Assembly (NCBI GenBank): GCA_038040445.1
Contig: JBBPIG010000014.1
Span: forward strand, 79,210 to 143,209
Origin: Candidatus Onstottus frigus
Lineage (GTDB): Bacteria; Acidobacteriota; Blastocatellia; UBA7656
Reading direction: 5' to 3'
DNA length: 64,000 nucleotides
The position numbers and the translations under genes are program-made. Within the stretch, counting starts at the first letter, position 1. Every line of letters starts with the position of its first letter. The notes under the pieces are model-generated. The model did no database searches. It had not been told where the DNA came from and was given only the letters and a program-made list of their open reading frames with translations. Shown piece after piece: positions 18,286 to 27,469 of this stretch.

Positions 18286-20091
18286 ATGCGAAACCGGAAA
18301 CAAATTCTCGCGCTGGTTGGGCTGTGGGGAATCATCTACGTGGCGAGTTGCGGCTTTCCTCCCGCCCTGCTTGATGACGCCGACACCGTTCATGCAGAGG
18401 CCGCCCGGGAAATGGCTGAGTCGGGTGATTGGGTCACGCTCAATGTTAACAAGATGCGCTATCTTGAAAAGGCTCCGCTGATGTACTGGTCGGTAGCGCT
18501 TTCATACAAGCTATTCGGCGTGAGCGAGTTCTCGTCGCGGCTTCCAATAGCGCTGGCGGCTCTCGGTCTGATGCTGGCGACGATGATGTTGGGCAACTTC
18601 GCCTTCGGTGAGAAGGCCGGATTCTATTCGGCGTTATGCATCGGCACGTGCGTTGGCATTTATCTATTCACGCGCGTCCTGTGGCCGGACGTGATATTGA
18701 CGTTGTTCATCACGATGGCCTTCTACTGCTTTCTCCGTGCGACCGAGGATCCGGGCTCTTCGCGTTACGCTTACGGCATCTACTTTTTCGGCGCGCTGGG
18801 GGTGCTGACGAAAGGACTGATCGGAGCTGCGTTCCCGGCGATCATCATTTTTGCTTACTTGCTGGTCACCGGAGAGGCTCGAAAGCTTGCTCGGCTGAAG
18901 CTTTTCACCGGGACACTGCTTTTCCTGGCGGTCGCTGCCCCCTGGCACATCGCGGCCGGGTTGAGCAATCCCGGAAGCATGATGGTGGGCACGCCGGCTC
19001 CCGGTCAGGGCCGCGGGTTCTTCTGGTTCTACTTCATGAACGAGCATCTGCTGCGCTACATCGGCAAGCGCTATCCGGCTGATTACGACACGGTACCGCT
19101 GCCGTTGTTTCTAGGCTTGCACGTTGTGTGGCTCTTTCCGTGGAGCTTCTTCCTGCCGCTGGCGATCAAAGAGATCCCGAGGCGCGTAAGGAACTTGAAT
19201 CGCGAGGAGCGAGCCACACTCTTCTTCGCAGTCTGGGCCGTGCTGGTTATCGTCTTCTTTTGCTTCTCGACTACACAAGAGTATTACACGATGCCGTCGT
19301 ATCCGGCGTTCGCGCTGTTGATCGGTTGCGCGCTGGCGAAGGCGGAAAGAACATGGCGGGAAAGTAAGGGCAAGTCGCTGTTGAACACGACGCAGATTGC
19401 GCTCACGGGCCTGGGGCTGGTTGTGTTCGTAGCCGGCGCGATTGCGGTCTGGTTGACCAGAGACATTGCCGTTGAAGGCGGCATCTCCTCGACGCTGACT
19501 CGCAACCCGGAAGCGTATGCGTTGTCGCTCGGCCACGTGCTTGATTTGACACCGCGCTCGCTTGCCGCGCTTCGTACTCCGATAGTGGGGACAGCGTTGA
19601 CGTTTCTGCTGGGGACCGTGGGGGCGCTGTATCTAAGGAAGCGGGGCAAGCATCTGACGTCCAACGTGTCGCTGGCGTTGATGATGTCAGCATTCTTTTT
19701 CTTTGCTCACATGAGCCTTGCCGCATTCGGCCCTTACCTCTCCTCGCGCTCGCTGGCCGAAGAGATTGATCGCGAGCACAAGGAAGGCGATCTGATAGTG
19801 ATCAACGGCCAATATGAGGGCGGATCGTCGATAAACTTCTACACCGGGAAGATGGTCTACATTCTTAACGGCCGCTCCGCGAATCTGGAGTACGGCTCCT
19901 ACTTCGAAGACGCGCCCATGATTTTCATCGACGATGAAGGGCTTGCTAAGATGTGGGGCGGTACAAACCGCGTTTTCCTTTTCACGGATTCATCAACGCT
20001 GGAGGAGGTGACTCGCGCCGCGAGAGGTCCGATTTATGGGTTGGCCGAAAGCGGAGGCAAACTCATACTGACGAACCAACAATCAAAATGA
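18286..20091 (+). CDS. glycosyltransferase family 39 (ArnT/PMT-like) membrane protein
   Basis: Start at ATG 18286. LLDDADTVHAEAAREMAESGDWVTLNVNKMRYLEKAPLMYW is a typical ArnT-like N-terminus; many TM helices. Confidence 0.8.
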   Translation: MRNRKQILALVGLWGIIYVASCGFPPALLDDADTVHAEAAREMAESGDWVTLNVNKMRYLEKAPLMYWSVALSYKLFGVSEFSSRLPIALAALGLMLATMMLGNFAFGEKAGFYSALCIGTCVGIYLFTRVLWPDVILTLFITMAFYCFLRATEDPGSSRYAYGIYFFGALGVLTKGLIGAAFPAIIIFAYLLVTGEARKLARLKLFTGTLLFLAVAAPWHIAAGLSNPGSMMVGTPAPGQGRGFFWFYFMNEHLLRYIGKRYPADYDTVPLPLFLGLHVVWLFPWSFFLPLAIKEIPRRVRNLNREERATLFFAVWAVLVIVFFCFSTTQEYYTMPSYPAFALLIGCALAKAERTWRESKGKSLLNTTQIALTGLGLVVFVAGAIAVWLTRDIAVEGGISSTLTRNPEAYALSLGHVLDLTPRSLAALRTPIVGTALTFLLGTVGALYLRKRGKHLTSNVSLALMMSAFFFFAHMSLAAFGPYLSSRSLAEEIDREHKEGDLIVINGQYEGGSSINFYTGKMVYILNGRSANLEYGSYFEDAPMIFIDDEGLAKMWGGTNRVFLFTDSSTLEEVTRAARGPIYGLAESGGKLILTNQQSK

Positions 20092-20825
20092 CTATGAGAA
20101 ACCTGATCCTGGTCTTAATGCTTTTTCTTTCGCCGGTCCTGGCGTACTCGGCGCAGAAAGACCCGGCCTCGCGAGCCGATGAGTTGTTTGCCGCGCGCGA
20201 CTACGCGGACAATTTGAAGCAAGGCGTCTCGCTGATGGAACAACTCACCGCGCGCGAGCCTTCGAACTACGAAGCGTGGTGGCGGCTGGCAAGGCTCAGA
20301 TACTACTTAGGAGACCGCGAGAAAGATCAGACCAAGAAGACCAGGCTGTTTCAGGCTGGAGTCGACGCCGGGAAGAAGGCAGTCGCGCTCGATGGCACAC
20401 GCGTCGAGGGACATTTCTGGTTCGCAGCCAATGAAGGCGAGTACGCCGATCTCAAAGGCGCGCTTCAGAGCCTTGGTCTGGTGAAAACCATCCGCAAGGA
20501 GTTCGAGGCGGCGCTTGCGATCAATCCGGCTTACGAAAACGGCGCAATCTATTCGGCGCTTGGTCAGATCGACTGGAATCTACCGCGACTGCTTGGCGGA
20601 AATGAACGGCGCGGCATCGAAAGGTTGGAAGAAGGCTTGAAAGTAGGGCCCAACAACGCCGAGCTAAAGGTGACACTGGCGGAGATCTACCTGAAGAAGG
20701 GGAGAAGAGACGAAGCGAAGAGGTTGGTCGAAAGCGTGTTGAGCGTGAATGATCAGGCGCGAAGTCCCATCGAAATGGAGGAGTTGAGAGCCAAGGCTCG
20801 CACATTACTCGATAAGTTGAAATAG
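20088..20825 (+). CDS. secreted TPR-like protein, translationally coupled to the GT39 gene
   Basis: ATGA start/stop overlap at 20088-20091. Signal peptide MTMRNLILVLMLFLSPVLAYSA; helical repeats. Confidence 0.65.
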   Translation: MTMRNLILVLMLFLSPVLAYSAQKDPASRADELFAARDYADNLKQGVSLMEQLTAREPSNYEAWWRLARLRYYLGDREKDQTKKTRLFQAGVDAGKKAVALDGTRVEGHFWFAANEGEYADLKGALQSLGLVKTIRKEFEAALAINPAYENGAIYSALGQIDWNLPRLLGGNERRGIERLEEGLKVGPNNAELKVTLAEIYLKKGRRDEAKRLVESVLSVNDQARSPIEMEELRAKARTLLDKLK

Positions 20826-20911
20826 AGACGTGTGCGGCTAACTGCGTAGATCACGTCCGCGAAGCGCGGACCTTCCGCTGAGGGAAATATCAGCACTGAA
20901 GTCTATGCTGC

Positions 20912-21427
20912 TCAGAGACGAACGATCGCATAGATCAGCTCATCGATGGTTTGACCGTCCTTCGTGACGCTTTTCCGCATTCGACATTCAAACTCGTAGC
21001 CGGCTTTCTCCAGCACTCGCATTGACGCTGGATTCCACTCGAACACACCGGCATAGACTCTGCACAGATCGAACGTGGCGAACGCGTAATCGGTCACTGC
21101 GCGCACAGCTTCTGTCACGATCCCTCGCCCCCAAAACTCTTCACCCAGCCAGTAGCCGATCTCGGCCGATCGCCTGAACACGTCGTCTTTCAAGACTAGT
21201 CCGATCCCCCCGACGGCGGCGCCATCGACAACGATGGCGAAATTGGTTATGGGAGTCGTTGGGTTTGCGATCTGAATCCAGTGCATCGCATCCGCAGGTG
21301 TGTACGGATGCGGGAACGCATCTCGAAGGTTGAGCCAGATCTTCCTGCTATTCGCATGCCGAACGAGGGCCTCCTCGTCTCTGGGCATCCACGGTCGAAG
21401 CGTGAACTTGCTCAGCTTGAGCTCCAT
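20912..21427 (-). CDS. GNAT family N-acetyltransferase (RimJ/RimL-like)
   Basis: Start at ATG 21427. LRPWMPRDEEAL...GIGLVLKDDVFRRSAEIGYWLGEEFWGRGIVTEA is the typical RimJ/L-type GNAT core. Confidence 0.8.
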   Translation of the reverse strand: MELKLSKFTLRPWMPRDEEALVRHANSRKIWLNLRDAFPHPYTPADAMHWIQIANPTTPITNFAIVVDGAAVGGIGLVLKDDVFRRSAEIGYWLGEEFWGRGIVTEAVRAVTDYAFATFDLCRVYAGVFEWNPASMRVLEKAGYEFECRMRKSVTKDGQTIDELIYAIVRL

Positions 21428-21664
21428 AGTGCCTCCACGGCTAATGGCGAAGAGTTTTCGGCGCAACTATCGAAAGCAACTTCTTCCTTCACCAGCGCTG
21501 TGCTTTATGCAGGATTATACGGCTTAAGTGATTTCGAGGACACCAATGAGAGCGATGGAAGAAAGCCGTAGCCACCGCCGTCTAACTAACGAATTTGGCG
21601 ATGAAGAGTCGGAGAGGTCAAACACCATAACCATTGAGCAACCGTGCAAAGGAAGGAGTCTACA

Positions 21665-22342
21665 ATGTCACAAAGATCATTAGTGAAGCGATTGAGCCGG
21701 AAGTCGGCCAGAACGTTGATAACACTTGTATCGCTCGGCAGCGCGCTGCTGCTGGCGATCGCGTCGCCTGCGCTTGCGGGAGGTTTCCAGCTTTCAGTAG
21801 AGACGCCCGCCGGGTCGGCCGACCCTCAATTGAAAGATGCTGTGCTGATCGCGCGCACCTACGGCTGCCATCAGCCGGCGGACGCGAGGCTGTCGGCGAC
21901 CGCTGAGGGATTCGTCAACAGCAAGCGCCAGTCGCTGCCGCTGGAGTTGCGCTCGATCGGATCGGGAGTCTATGCGATCAAGCAACAGTGGCCGTCTGAA
22001 GGGAACTGGGTGCTTGCGCTCACCGGCGCTTACAACGGAATGACAAGCAGCGTGCTCGTTGAACTGGGACCGAACGGAAAAGTACTCCCAGGCACGAGGC
22101 TCGAAGAAGGGAATCTGAAAGGTGTGCACGCGAAAGGAGCACGAAGAAAGTGGATTGCCGCGGACATCGACTCGGCGCTTCAGACAGCGGCCGGTATCAC
22201 CAGCCAGGCGCCGGGCGAAGAGAATAGCTCTATCCTCTCGCCGATCACTTTGCTCCTGGCTGGGATGGGTGCGTCCGTGTTTACGATCGGTTTCGTTGCC
22301 CGATCGCGTCGCGGCCGCGCATCTGGCGAGATCTCGAGTTAA
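21665..22342 (+). CDS. hypothetical secreted protein with C-terminal TM/basic anchor
   Basis: aaggaaggag SD before ATG 21665. Signal peptide ...LAIASPALAGG. C-terminal LSPITLLLAGMGASVFTIGFVARSRRGR. Confidence 0.55.
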   Translation: MSQRSLVKRLSRKSARTLITLVSLGSALLLAIASPALAGGFQLSVETPAGSADPQLKDAVLIARTYGCHQPADARLSATAEGFVNSKRQSLPLELRSIGSGVYAIKQQWPSEGNWVLALTGAYNGMTSSVLVELGPNGKVLPGTRLEEGNLKGVHAKGARRKWIAADIDSALQTAAGITSQAPGEENSSILSPITLLLAGMGASVFTIGFVARSRRGRASGEISS

Positions 22343-22993
22343 GACTGACGTGACGCATTCGATGAGGGGCAGGCGTCAGGTTCATTCCTAATGCCTGTCT
22401 CTTGAATTTTGCTATGTAGTATTCGATCTCGTTATCAAAGGGCGGGAACCAAAAAAAAGAGGGCACGCTGCAAGTCGGTTATCCCTGGGTCGTTCAAACC
22501 TCACTGCAAACGCACCCTTCTTAGCCGCTAAAGGAGAAATCAAACCTCAGTGCACTACAAAACCCGATCGTCGTGATGGATTCGATTGAAGCGCTGAACC
22601 GGCGCCCGCTCATATCTCGCAACGCCCCCGCTTCCAAGACGTCCGGCGGATGAGAGAGCGGGCCACACGCTAAACAAACTCGGTAGCTCAGCGCTGTGCT
22701 CAAAAAAACAAGATTGCGATTATCGCCGCCGGTGATAGTAGTTTAAGATGAAACACGGTGTCAAACAGTATTTTGACGGGCTAGCCTCAAAATAATGCTG
22801 CGACCCACGGAGATCCGGGTATGAGCGTCAAGCGGCAAAGGGGGTTGAGACGTTAACGTCGCGGGCGCTGCGGGTGCGCAATGGATTTGAAGCCCTCCGT
22901 TCCGTCAAGCCAGGTCTTCACCAATTGAAACGCCCCATCTCGCGTGCTAGCCTCTCCTTGTAAGAAGGTGACCGACCCAGACGGAGCCAAGCT

Positions 22994-23953
22994 GTGACAA
23001 CCAGGTTCGCGATAGCTTTGCTATGCATCGTTTTGGCAACGGCGCTCATCGCGCCGGCGCTCGCACAGCAAGCCGATCAAGTGATCAAACTCGAAGCCGA
23101 TCTGGTCACAATTGACGCGACGGTCACCGACAAGAACGGCAACTTCATACGCAAGCTCAAGGCGGAAGACTTCGTCGTCTATGAAGACAATCAGCCCCAG
23201 AAGTTCGAGTTCTTCGAAGCCAACGAGGAAGCCGCGCTCACCCGCTCGGTGGCGGTCGTCTTTGCGCTCGACAGGTCAGGCAGCATCAAGCCGGAAGAAA
23301 TCGCCAAGCAACGCGAGGCAACCGAGAGTTTCGTTAAGTTAGTCCGGCCTGAATCGCTGTTTGCAGTCGTCACCTTCAGCAGCGAAATGGAAGTGCTTCA
23401 GGATTTCACCAGTGAGCCACAAAAAATCAGCCGGGCTTTCCGAAAGATCGGCGAGGCCACAGGCTTGTCGCGGATATTCGGCACAATTGACCGCGCAGTC
23501 TCGATGCTCAAACGCGCGCCTCGTTTTCGAGGCGGACGCCGACTCCGTCGTGTTGTCATTGTGATAACCGACGGCTTCGACAACCTGGACTCGACCGACC
23601 AGCAGGACTTGATACGCCGCGCTAACGATGCGGAGGTGACGGTCTATTCGATCACGCTGCCTTCGTACATGGCCGGGTCCGTAAGCGGCAGAAGCATGAC
23701 GCTGTTGGACGTCTCACGCATCGTTCCGATGACCGGCGGTTCGGATTTTTCCGCCGACGCGAAGGACTTCACGCCGGTGTTCAAAGCCATCGCCGAAGAG
23801 ATCAGGTCCAGCTACACGCTCGCCTACTATCCGGAAAAAAAACGCCGCGACGGGCGCGTTCATCAGATACGTGTCGAGGTTCGCCAGACGGGCGCAATCA
23901 TCAGGACAAATCGCACTAGCTATCACGCGCCGAAGGAAGGCAAACAAAGTTGA
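22994..23953 (+). CDS. VWA domain protein (VWFA-related acidobacterial type)
   Basis: GTG start and signal peptide. IKLEADLVTIDATVTDKNGNFIRKLKAEDFVVYEDNQPQ followed by VAVVFALDRSGS (MIDAS-like). Confidence 0.8.
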   Translation: MTTRFAIALLCIVLATALIAPALAQQADQVIKLEADLVTIDATVTDKNGNFIRKLKAEDFVVYEDNQPQKFEFFEANEEAALTRSVAVVFALDRSGSIKPEEIAKQREATESFVKLVRPESLFAVVTFSSEMEVLQDFTSEPQKISRAFRKIGEATGLSRIFGTIDRAVSMLKRAPRFRGGRRLRRVVIVITDGFDNLDSTDQQDLIRRANDAEVTVYSITLPSYMAGSVSGRSMTLLDVSRIVPMTGGSDFSADAKDFTPVFKAIAEEIRSSYTLAYYPEKKRRDGRVHQIRVEVRQTGAIIRTNRTSYHAPKEGKQS

Positions 23954-24117
23954 GCGTCACGAGAGTTGGACTTTGCGTACCCCGCCGCGGCGATGTACGC
24001 GCTAGAATCCATACGCGACTGCTTTATCCTGCGAGCCGCGGGTAGTGGTTCAATTTGACTTCAGCCAGCGGTCGATTCTGCTTTAACCCGCAAAGGTTCA
24101 TCGAGTATAGTGGGCTC

Positions 24118-24363
24118 ATGGCGAAGCGGCTGAAACGAATGCCCCGTGACTGGAATCAACTAGGGAAAGCGATTGTCGATCTTACCACCGGCGCTATAGA
24201 GCCGGAAGAAGTCCCCGAAAAGAACCCTGCGGCTGTCGCGCTAGGCAAGTTGGGCGGTTCAAAGGGCGGCAAGAGTCGAGCAGAGAAGCTGTCAGCCAAG
24301 AAGCGAAAAGAGATTGCTACAAAGGCGGCTCAAGCACGATGGAAGAACAAGAGCGCCGACTAG
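24118..24363 (+). CDS. small basic protein (81 aa) with a C-terminal motif of the type GGxKGGKxRAxKLSxxxRxEIAxKAAxARW
   Basis: ATG 24118. LGKLGGSKGGKSRAEKLSAKKRKEIATKAAQARW is a motif I recall from small ORFs on mobile elements. Confidence 0.45.
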   Translation: MAKRLKRMPRDWNQLGKAIVDLTTGAIEPEEVPEKNPAAVALGKLGGSKGGKSRAEKLSAKKRKEIATKAAQARWKNKSAD

Positions 24364-24632
24364 TGCTCATAGCGTGGGTGGATTCCTACGGGGCATCGGC
24401 TACGTAGCAGAATCTTAGTAATTGTGAACCAGAGCTTATGGTGTGTCAGTCTGTCGGTTGGTTAGTACATGATGACGAGCGTTGCAAGGTCATCGTTCCG
24501 CACATCTCGCAGCCAGATCATCCGACCACATCGCAACAGGGATGCGGCGACATGACGATACCCTCATCTGCCATCTTGCGAATTGCTGATTTGAGCATCG
24601 CCATGCCCCCCGCTGATCAAGAGAACGTCTAG
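24363..24632 (+). pseudogene. hypothetical ORF interrupted by an in-frame TAG (24405-24407)
   Basis: GTG at 24363 overlaps the upstream stop. 14 codons (VLIAWVDSYGASAT), then TAG, then the same frame continues (QNLSNCEPELMVCQSVGWLVHDDERCKVIVPH...) to 24632. Only the 24438..24632 part is in the ORF track. Confidence 0.25.
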
Positions 24633-25867
24633 CGCTTCCGGTTCGGCTTATCCGGCCTCTGGGTCAAAGCCGAACCCGCCACGCTCTTGACGCTCTTAGG
24701 ATTAGGGTTGCTCAAAAGCTTGGAAGCCTTTGAGGCGACTGGTGCATACCCATACCCGTCCGTCAGGGCCGATGAGGTAACAACGTGTCGCACCTTCATA
24801 AGCATCTCGCGGCTATGGGCATACGGAATTTCCCCCCGATGCTGTAGTTGTCCAACGACTATTCCTGGATGAACACCAATGCGACTAGCGAAACCTTTGA
24901 TTTGCTGCTTTGAATACAACGGGCGCACCCTTGCAACAAAGCGTTCAAGCTCTGAACTAGCGATAGAACATTCGCAAGCAAAACGGTCGGCCGTTCGCTC
25001 GTTTTCCGGCTTATCCTTCATTGACTCCTCCTGCTCGCCTACGATGTCTGTATCAAGAATCTCTGGATTCTGAAGCCCGTCTCGGTTCTTAATGTGACCA
25101 AGTTCATGCCAGAGGGTATGCCAGAACCAATCGATACGATCATAACGCAGTGAGAGAGCAATTACCGGAGATGTCTTATCGAGCCAGAAACACACGCCAT
25201 CAATCCTCGTGTGTGATAGCGGTTCGATGACCACGAATCGAATACCAGCTTCCGCGAGAATCCTTGGTACTAGTCTGGTATCTTCGACGTTGGGTAATAG
25301 CAGCCGCAAGCGATCGACCGCAGCGACGAAGGACTTATCTGAAAACTTTTTTACAGATAGCGCTCGCGAAAGTTGCTTGGCGCGAGACATCCACGCCCTC
25401 TGCGGCCAAGTTACGGTTTCATACGACGTGGACTTCCTAGCGGCGTGCGCAAAAGTCGGCTCGCTATCAATGAAGGGGAGTTCAAAAAACTCCAAGAACC
25501 TTCTTTCCAAGTCATCAATGCTGTCGGTTGCGTGAATCCAATGACGACGGATCATTTCCTTCACGGGGTACCGCTCGTATAGCTTTGATCGTCTCGCAAC
25601 AGTGTCGTCTTTGGGTTCAGTACGCGAGAGCCGATATGTGCTCTCTAGGTTGAGCCAGAACTGTGCACTAGTTCCCGGAAATGCATCCCCTAGCCCCCGC
25701 GCGGTTTCGGGCGTAACCCCGCGCTTGCCTGAAATAATGTCATTCACCAGGTTGACGGGCCTGCCAAGGATCTCAGCTAAATCACTTTGAGTCCACCCCC
25801 TGGCCTCAAGCTCCTCCTTCAGTATCTCACCGGGAGAAAACACCTCTGCGACCTTTCTGTTTGTCAT
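24629..25867 (-). CDS. higA: HigA-type HTH (XRE) antitoxin fused to ImmA/IrrE-type zinc metallopeptidase
   Basis: N-terminal SPGEILKEELEARGWTQSDLAEILGRPVNLVNDIISGKRGVTPETA (HigA/VapI HTH). Central HEXXH motif WHELGHI. 412 aa. Confidence 0.8.
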   Translation of the reverse strand: MTNRKVAEVFSPGEILKEELEARGWTQSDLAEILGRPVNLVNDIISGKRGVTPETARGLGDAFPGTSAQFWLNLESTYRLSRTEPKDDTVARRSKLYERYPVKEMIRRHWIHATDSIDDLERRFLEFFELPFIDSEPTFAHAARKSTSYETVTWPQRAWMSRAKQLSRALSVKKFSDKSFVAAVDRLRLLLPNVEDTRLVPRILAEAGIRFVVIEPLSHTRIDGVCFWLDKTSPVIALSLRYDRIDWFWHTLWHELGHIKNRDGLQNPEILDTDIVGEQEESMKDKPENERTADRFACECSIASSELERFVARVRPLYSKQQIKGFASRIGVHPGIVVGQLQHRGEIPYAHSREMLMKVRHVVTSSALTDGYGYAPVASKASKLLSNPNPKSVKSVAGSALTQRPDKPNRKR

Positions 25868-25883
25868 AACGTCCCCTCAGCTT

Positions 25884-26180
25884 TCAGTGATAATCTTCAA
25901 TGCCAACAACGAGTACTACTTTGTTCGGCGTTTGTCCCTGAAGCTCCACGATTAGCCGCCATTGATCGTTCAGTTTCATCGAACACTGATGACTTCGCTT
26001 TCCCTTCAGCTTTTCAAATCGTAGTGACTTCAAAGCGTAGAACGTCCGTTCGTCCGGTGCTGCTCGGATTATCTGCATTCGCTTCCTAAACGCTGTGACT
26101 ATGGCTTGAGCAAATCCTCCATCGTACTTCGGGTCGGTCTCCAACCTATCTAGCGACTTGTCCCCGAAGCGAACCTCCAT
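25884..26180 (-). CDS. higB: HigB-type (RelE/ParE superfamily) toxin
   Basis: Start at ATG 26180. MEVRFGDKSLDRLETDPKYDGGF...LKGKRSHQCSMKLNDQWRLIVELQG...VVLVVGIEDYH is the classic plasmid-maintenance-killer HigB pattern. Lies 16 nt upstream of higA. Confidence 0.8.
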   Translation of the reverse strand: MEVRFGDKSLDRLETDPKYDGGFAQAIVTAFRKRMQIIRAAPDERTFYALKSLRFEKLKGKRSHQCSMKLNDQWRLIVELQGQTPNKVVLVVGIEDYH

Positions 26181-26186
26181 GATTTG

Positions 26187-26221
26187 GTACTTTACTACAG
26201 CACTAAAAATATGTAAAGTAC
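26187..26221 (-). promoter_or_regulatory. 9-bp perfect inverted repeat upstream of higB (candidate operator)
   Basis: gtactttac (26187-26195) and gtaaagtac (26213-26221), 7-41 nt upstream of the higB ATG. Confidence 0.35.
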
Positions 26222-26302
26222 AATTTCCAGAAAACGTCATCGGGCGACAGTTTAAGCTTGACAAGTACATAGTCGCTCAAGCATAGTGTCAATATAAATA
26301 AA

Positions 26303-27115
26303 TTGAACACAGAAAGGCGCGCTCAGATAGTACGGGCTCTGGTGGAAGGAACCGGCATCAACGCTACGGTTCTGATGACGGGGGTTTCAAAGAACACCAT
26401 TCTCAAGTTACTAGCTGATCTTGGTGAGGCTTGCGCACAGTATCAGGATGGGGCACTGCACAATTTGCCTTGTCGGCGTATTCAGTGCGATGAGATTTGG
26501 TCGTTCTGCTATGCCAAGGACAAGAACGTTCCTGAAGAAAAACGCGGTGTTTTTGGTTACGGTGATGTTTGGACTTGGGTTGCAATCGACGCAGACACGA
26601 AACTCGTTCCCTGCTGGCATCACGGAAGGCGCGATGCTATCGCGGCTTCGCAGTTCATCAATGACCTTGCTAGTCGGCTCAGTCATCGCGTACAGCTTAC
26701 GACTGACGTCCACCGACCCTACTTACAGGCGATTGAAGGTGCGTTCGGCTGCGAGGTTGATTATGCGATGCTTATTAAGCTCTACGGGAACCCCCCGGAT
26801 GACCGAGGATACAGCCCTGGCGATTGCATCGGGTGTGAGGTTAAGACGATCACGGGCAACCCGGATGCTGACCATATCTCAACTAGCTACATCGAGCGCC
26901 AGAACCTCACAATGAGAATGAGCATGAGGCGTTTCACCCGCCTAACTAACGCTTTCAGTAAGAAGCTTGATAACCTGCGTCATTCGGTTTCGTTGCATTA
27001 TATGCATTACAATTTCGCTCGGATTCACAAGACGCTGCGATGCAGTCCTGCACAAGAAGCCGGAATCACCAGCAAGCTTTGGGAGATTGAAGATATAGTG
27101 GCGCTGCTGGACTAA
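26303..27115 (+). CDS. IS1-family DDE transposase (single ORF)
   Basis: N-terminal HTH, then RIQCDEIWSFCYAKDKN, WTWVAIDADTKLV, QLTTDVHRPY and YIERQNLTMRMSMRRFTRLTNAFSKK, which parallel IS1 InsB motifs. TTG start. Confidence 0.75.
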   Translation: MNTERRAQIVRALVEGTGINATVLMTGVSKNTILKLLADLGEACAQYQDGALHNLPCRRIQCDEIWSFCYAKDKNVPEEKRGVFGYGDVWTWVAIDADTKLVPCWHHGRRDAIAASQFINDLASRLSHRVQLTTDVHRPYLQAIEGAFGCEVDYAMLIKLYGNPPDDRGYSPGDCIGCEVKTITGNPDADHISTSYIERQNLTMRMSMRRFTRLTNAFSKKLDNLRHSVSLHYMHYNFARIHKTLRCSPAQEAGITSKLWEIEDIVALLD

Positions 27116-27263
27116 CGCTGCGCTAGGAGAGTTGACGATCAATCCAACCCGTGCGAATATTCTTATGAGTGCCTAGGGCTCAAATCACAATTTACTAGGA
27201 TTGGCCCGGCGAGAAAATGAAACCGGGATGCTGCTCTTTGCAAATTTAATGAGAGGAGGTTAA

Positions 27264-27407
27264 ATGCACGATGCATTAGAATGCTTAATTGTATTTGCCT
27301 ATTTCATCTTGGTAGTTGCCACCGTAAGGCGGTCAAAACGATTGCACATTAGCGGCTATTTGATCCTAGCGATTGCACACCTAATGATACTTCTTATGAA
27401 TCTGTAA
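27264..27407 (+). CDS. 47-aa hydrophobic peptide (two predicted TM segments)
   Basis: gagaggagg SD 4 nt before ATG 27264. MHDALECLIVFAYFILVVATVRRSKRLHISGYLILAIAHLMILLMNL. Followed by a strong terminator. Too short for the ORF track. Confidence 0.4.
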   Translation: MHDALECLIVFAYFILVVATVRRSKRLHISGYLILAIAHLMILLMNL

Positions 27408-27443
27408 AAGTGGAAAATTAAAATGGTAAGTGCCCGGTTGGGC

Positions 27444-27469
27444 AAAAGGCGACTTCGGTCGCCTTTTTT
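27444..27469 (+). terminator. rho-independent terminator
   Basis: aaaaggcgac-ttcg-gtcgcctttt stem-loop running into a T-tract. Confidence 0.7.

Noticed and set aside
22530-22700. SRP-RNA-like CCGGACGTCTTGGAAGCGGGG on the minus strand
   Set aside because: It lacks the GNRA tetraloop and the symmetric-loop consensus (AGGUCAGGUCCGGAAGGAAGCAGCC). The resemblance is limited to GGAAGC.
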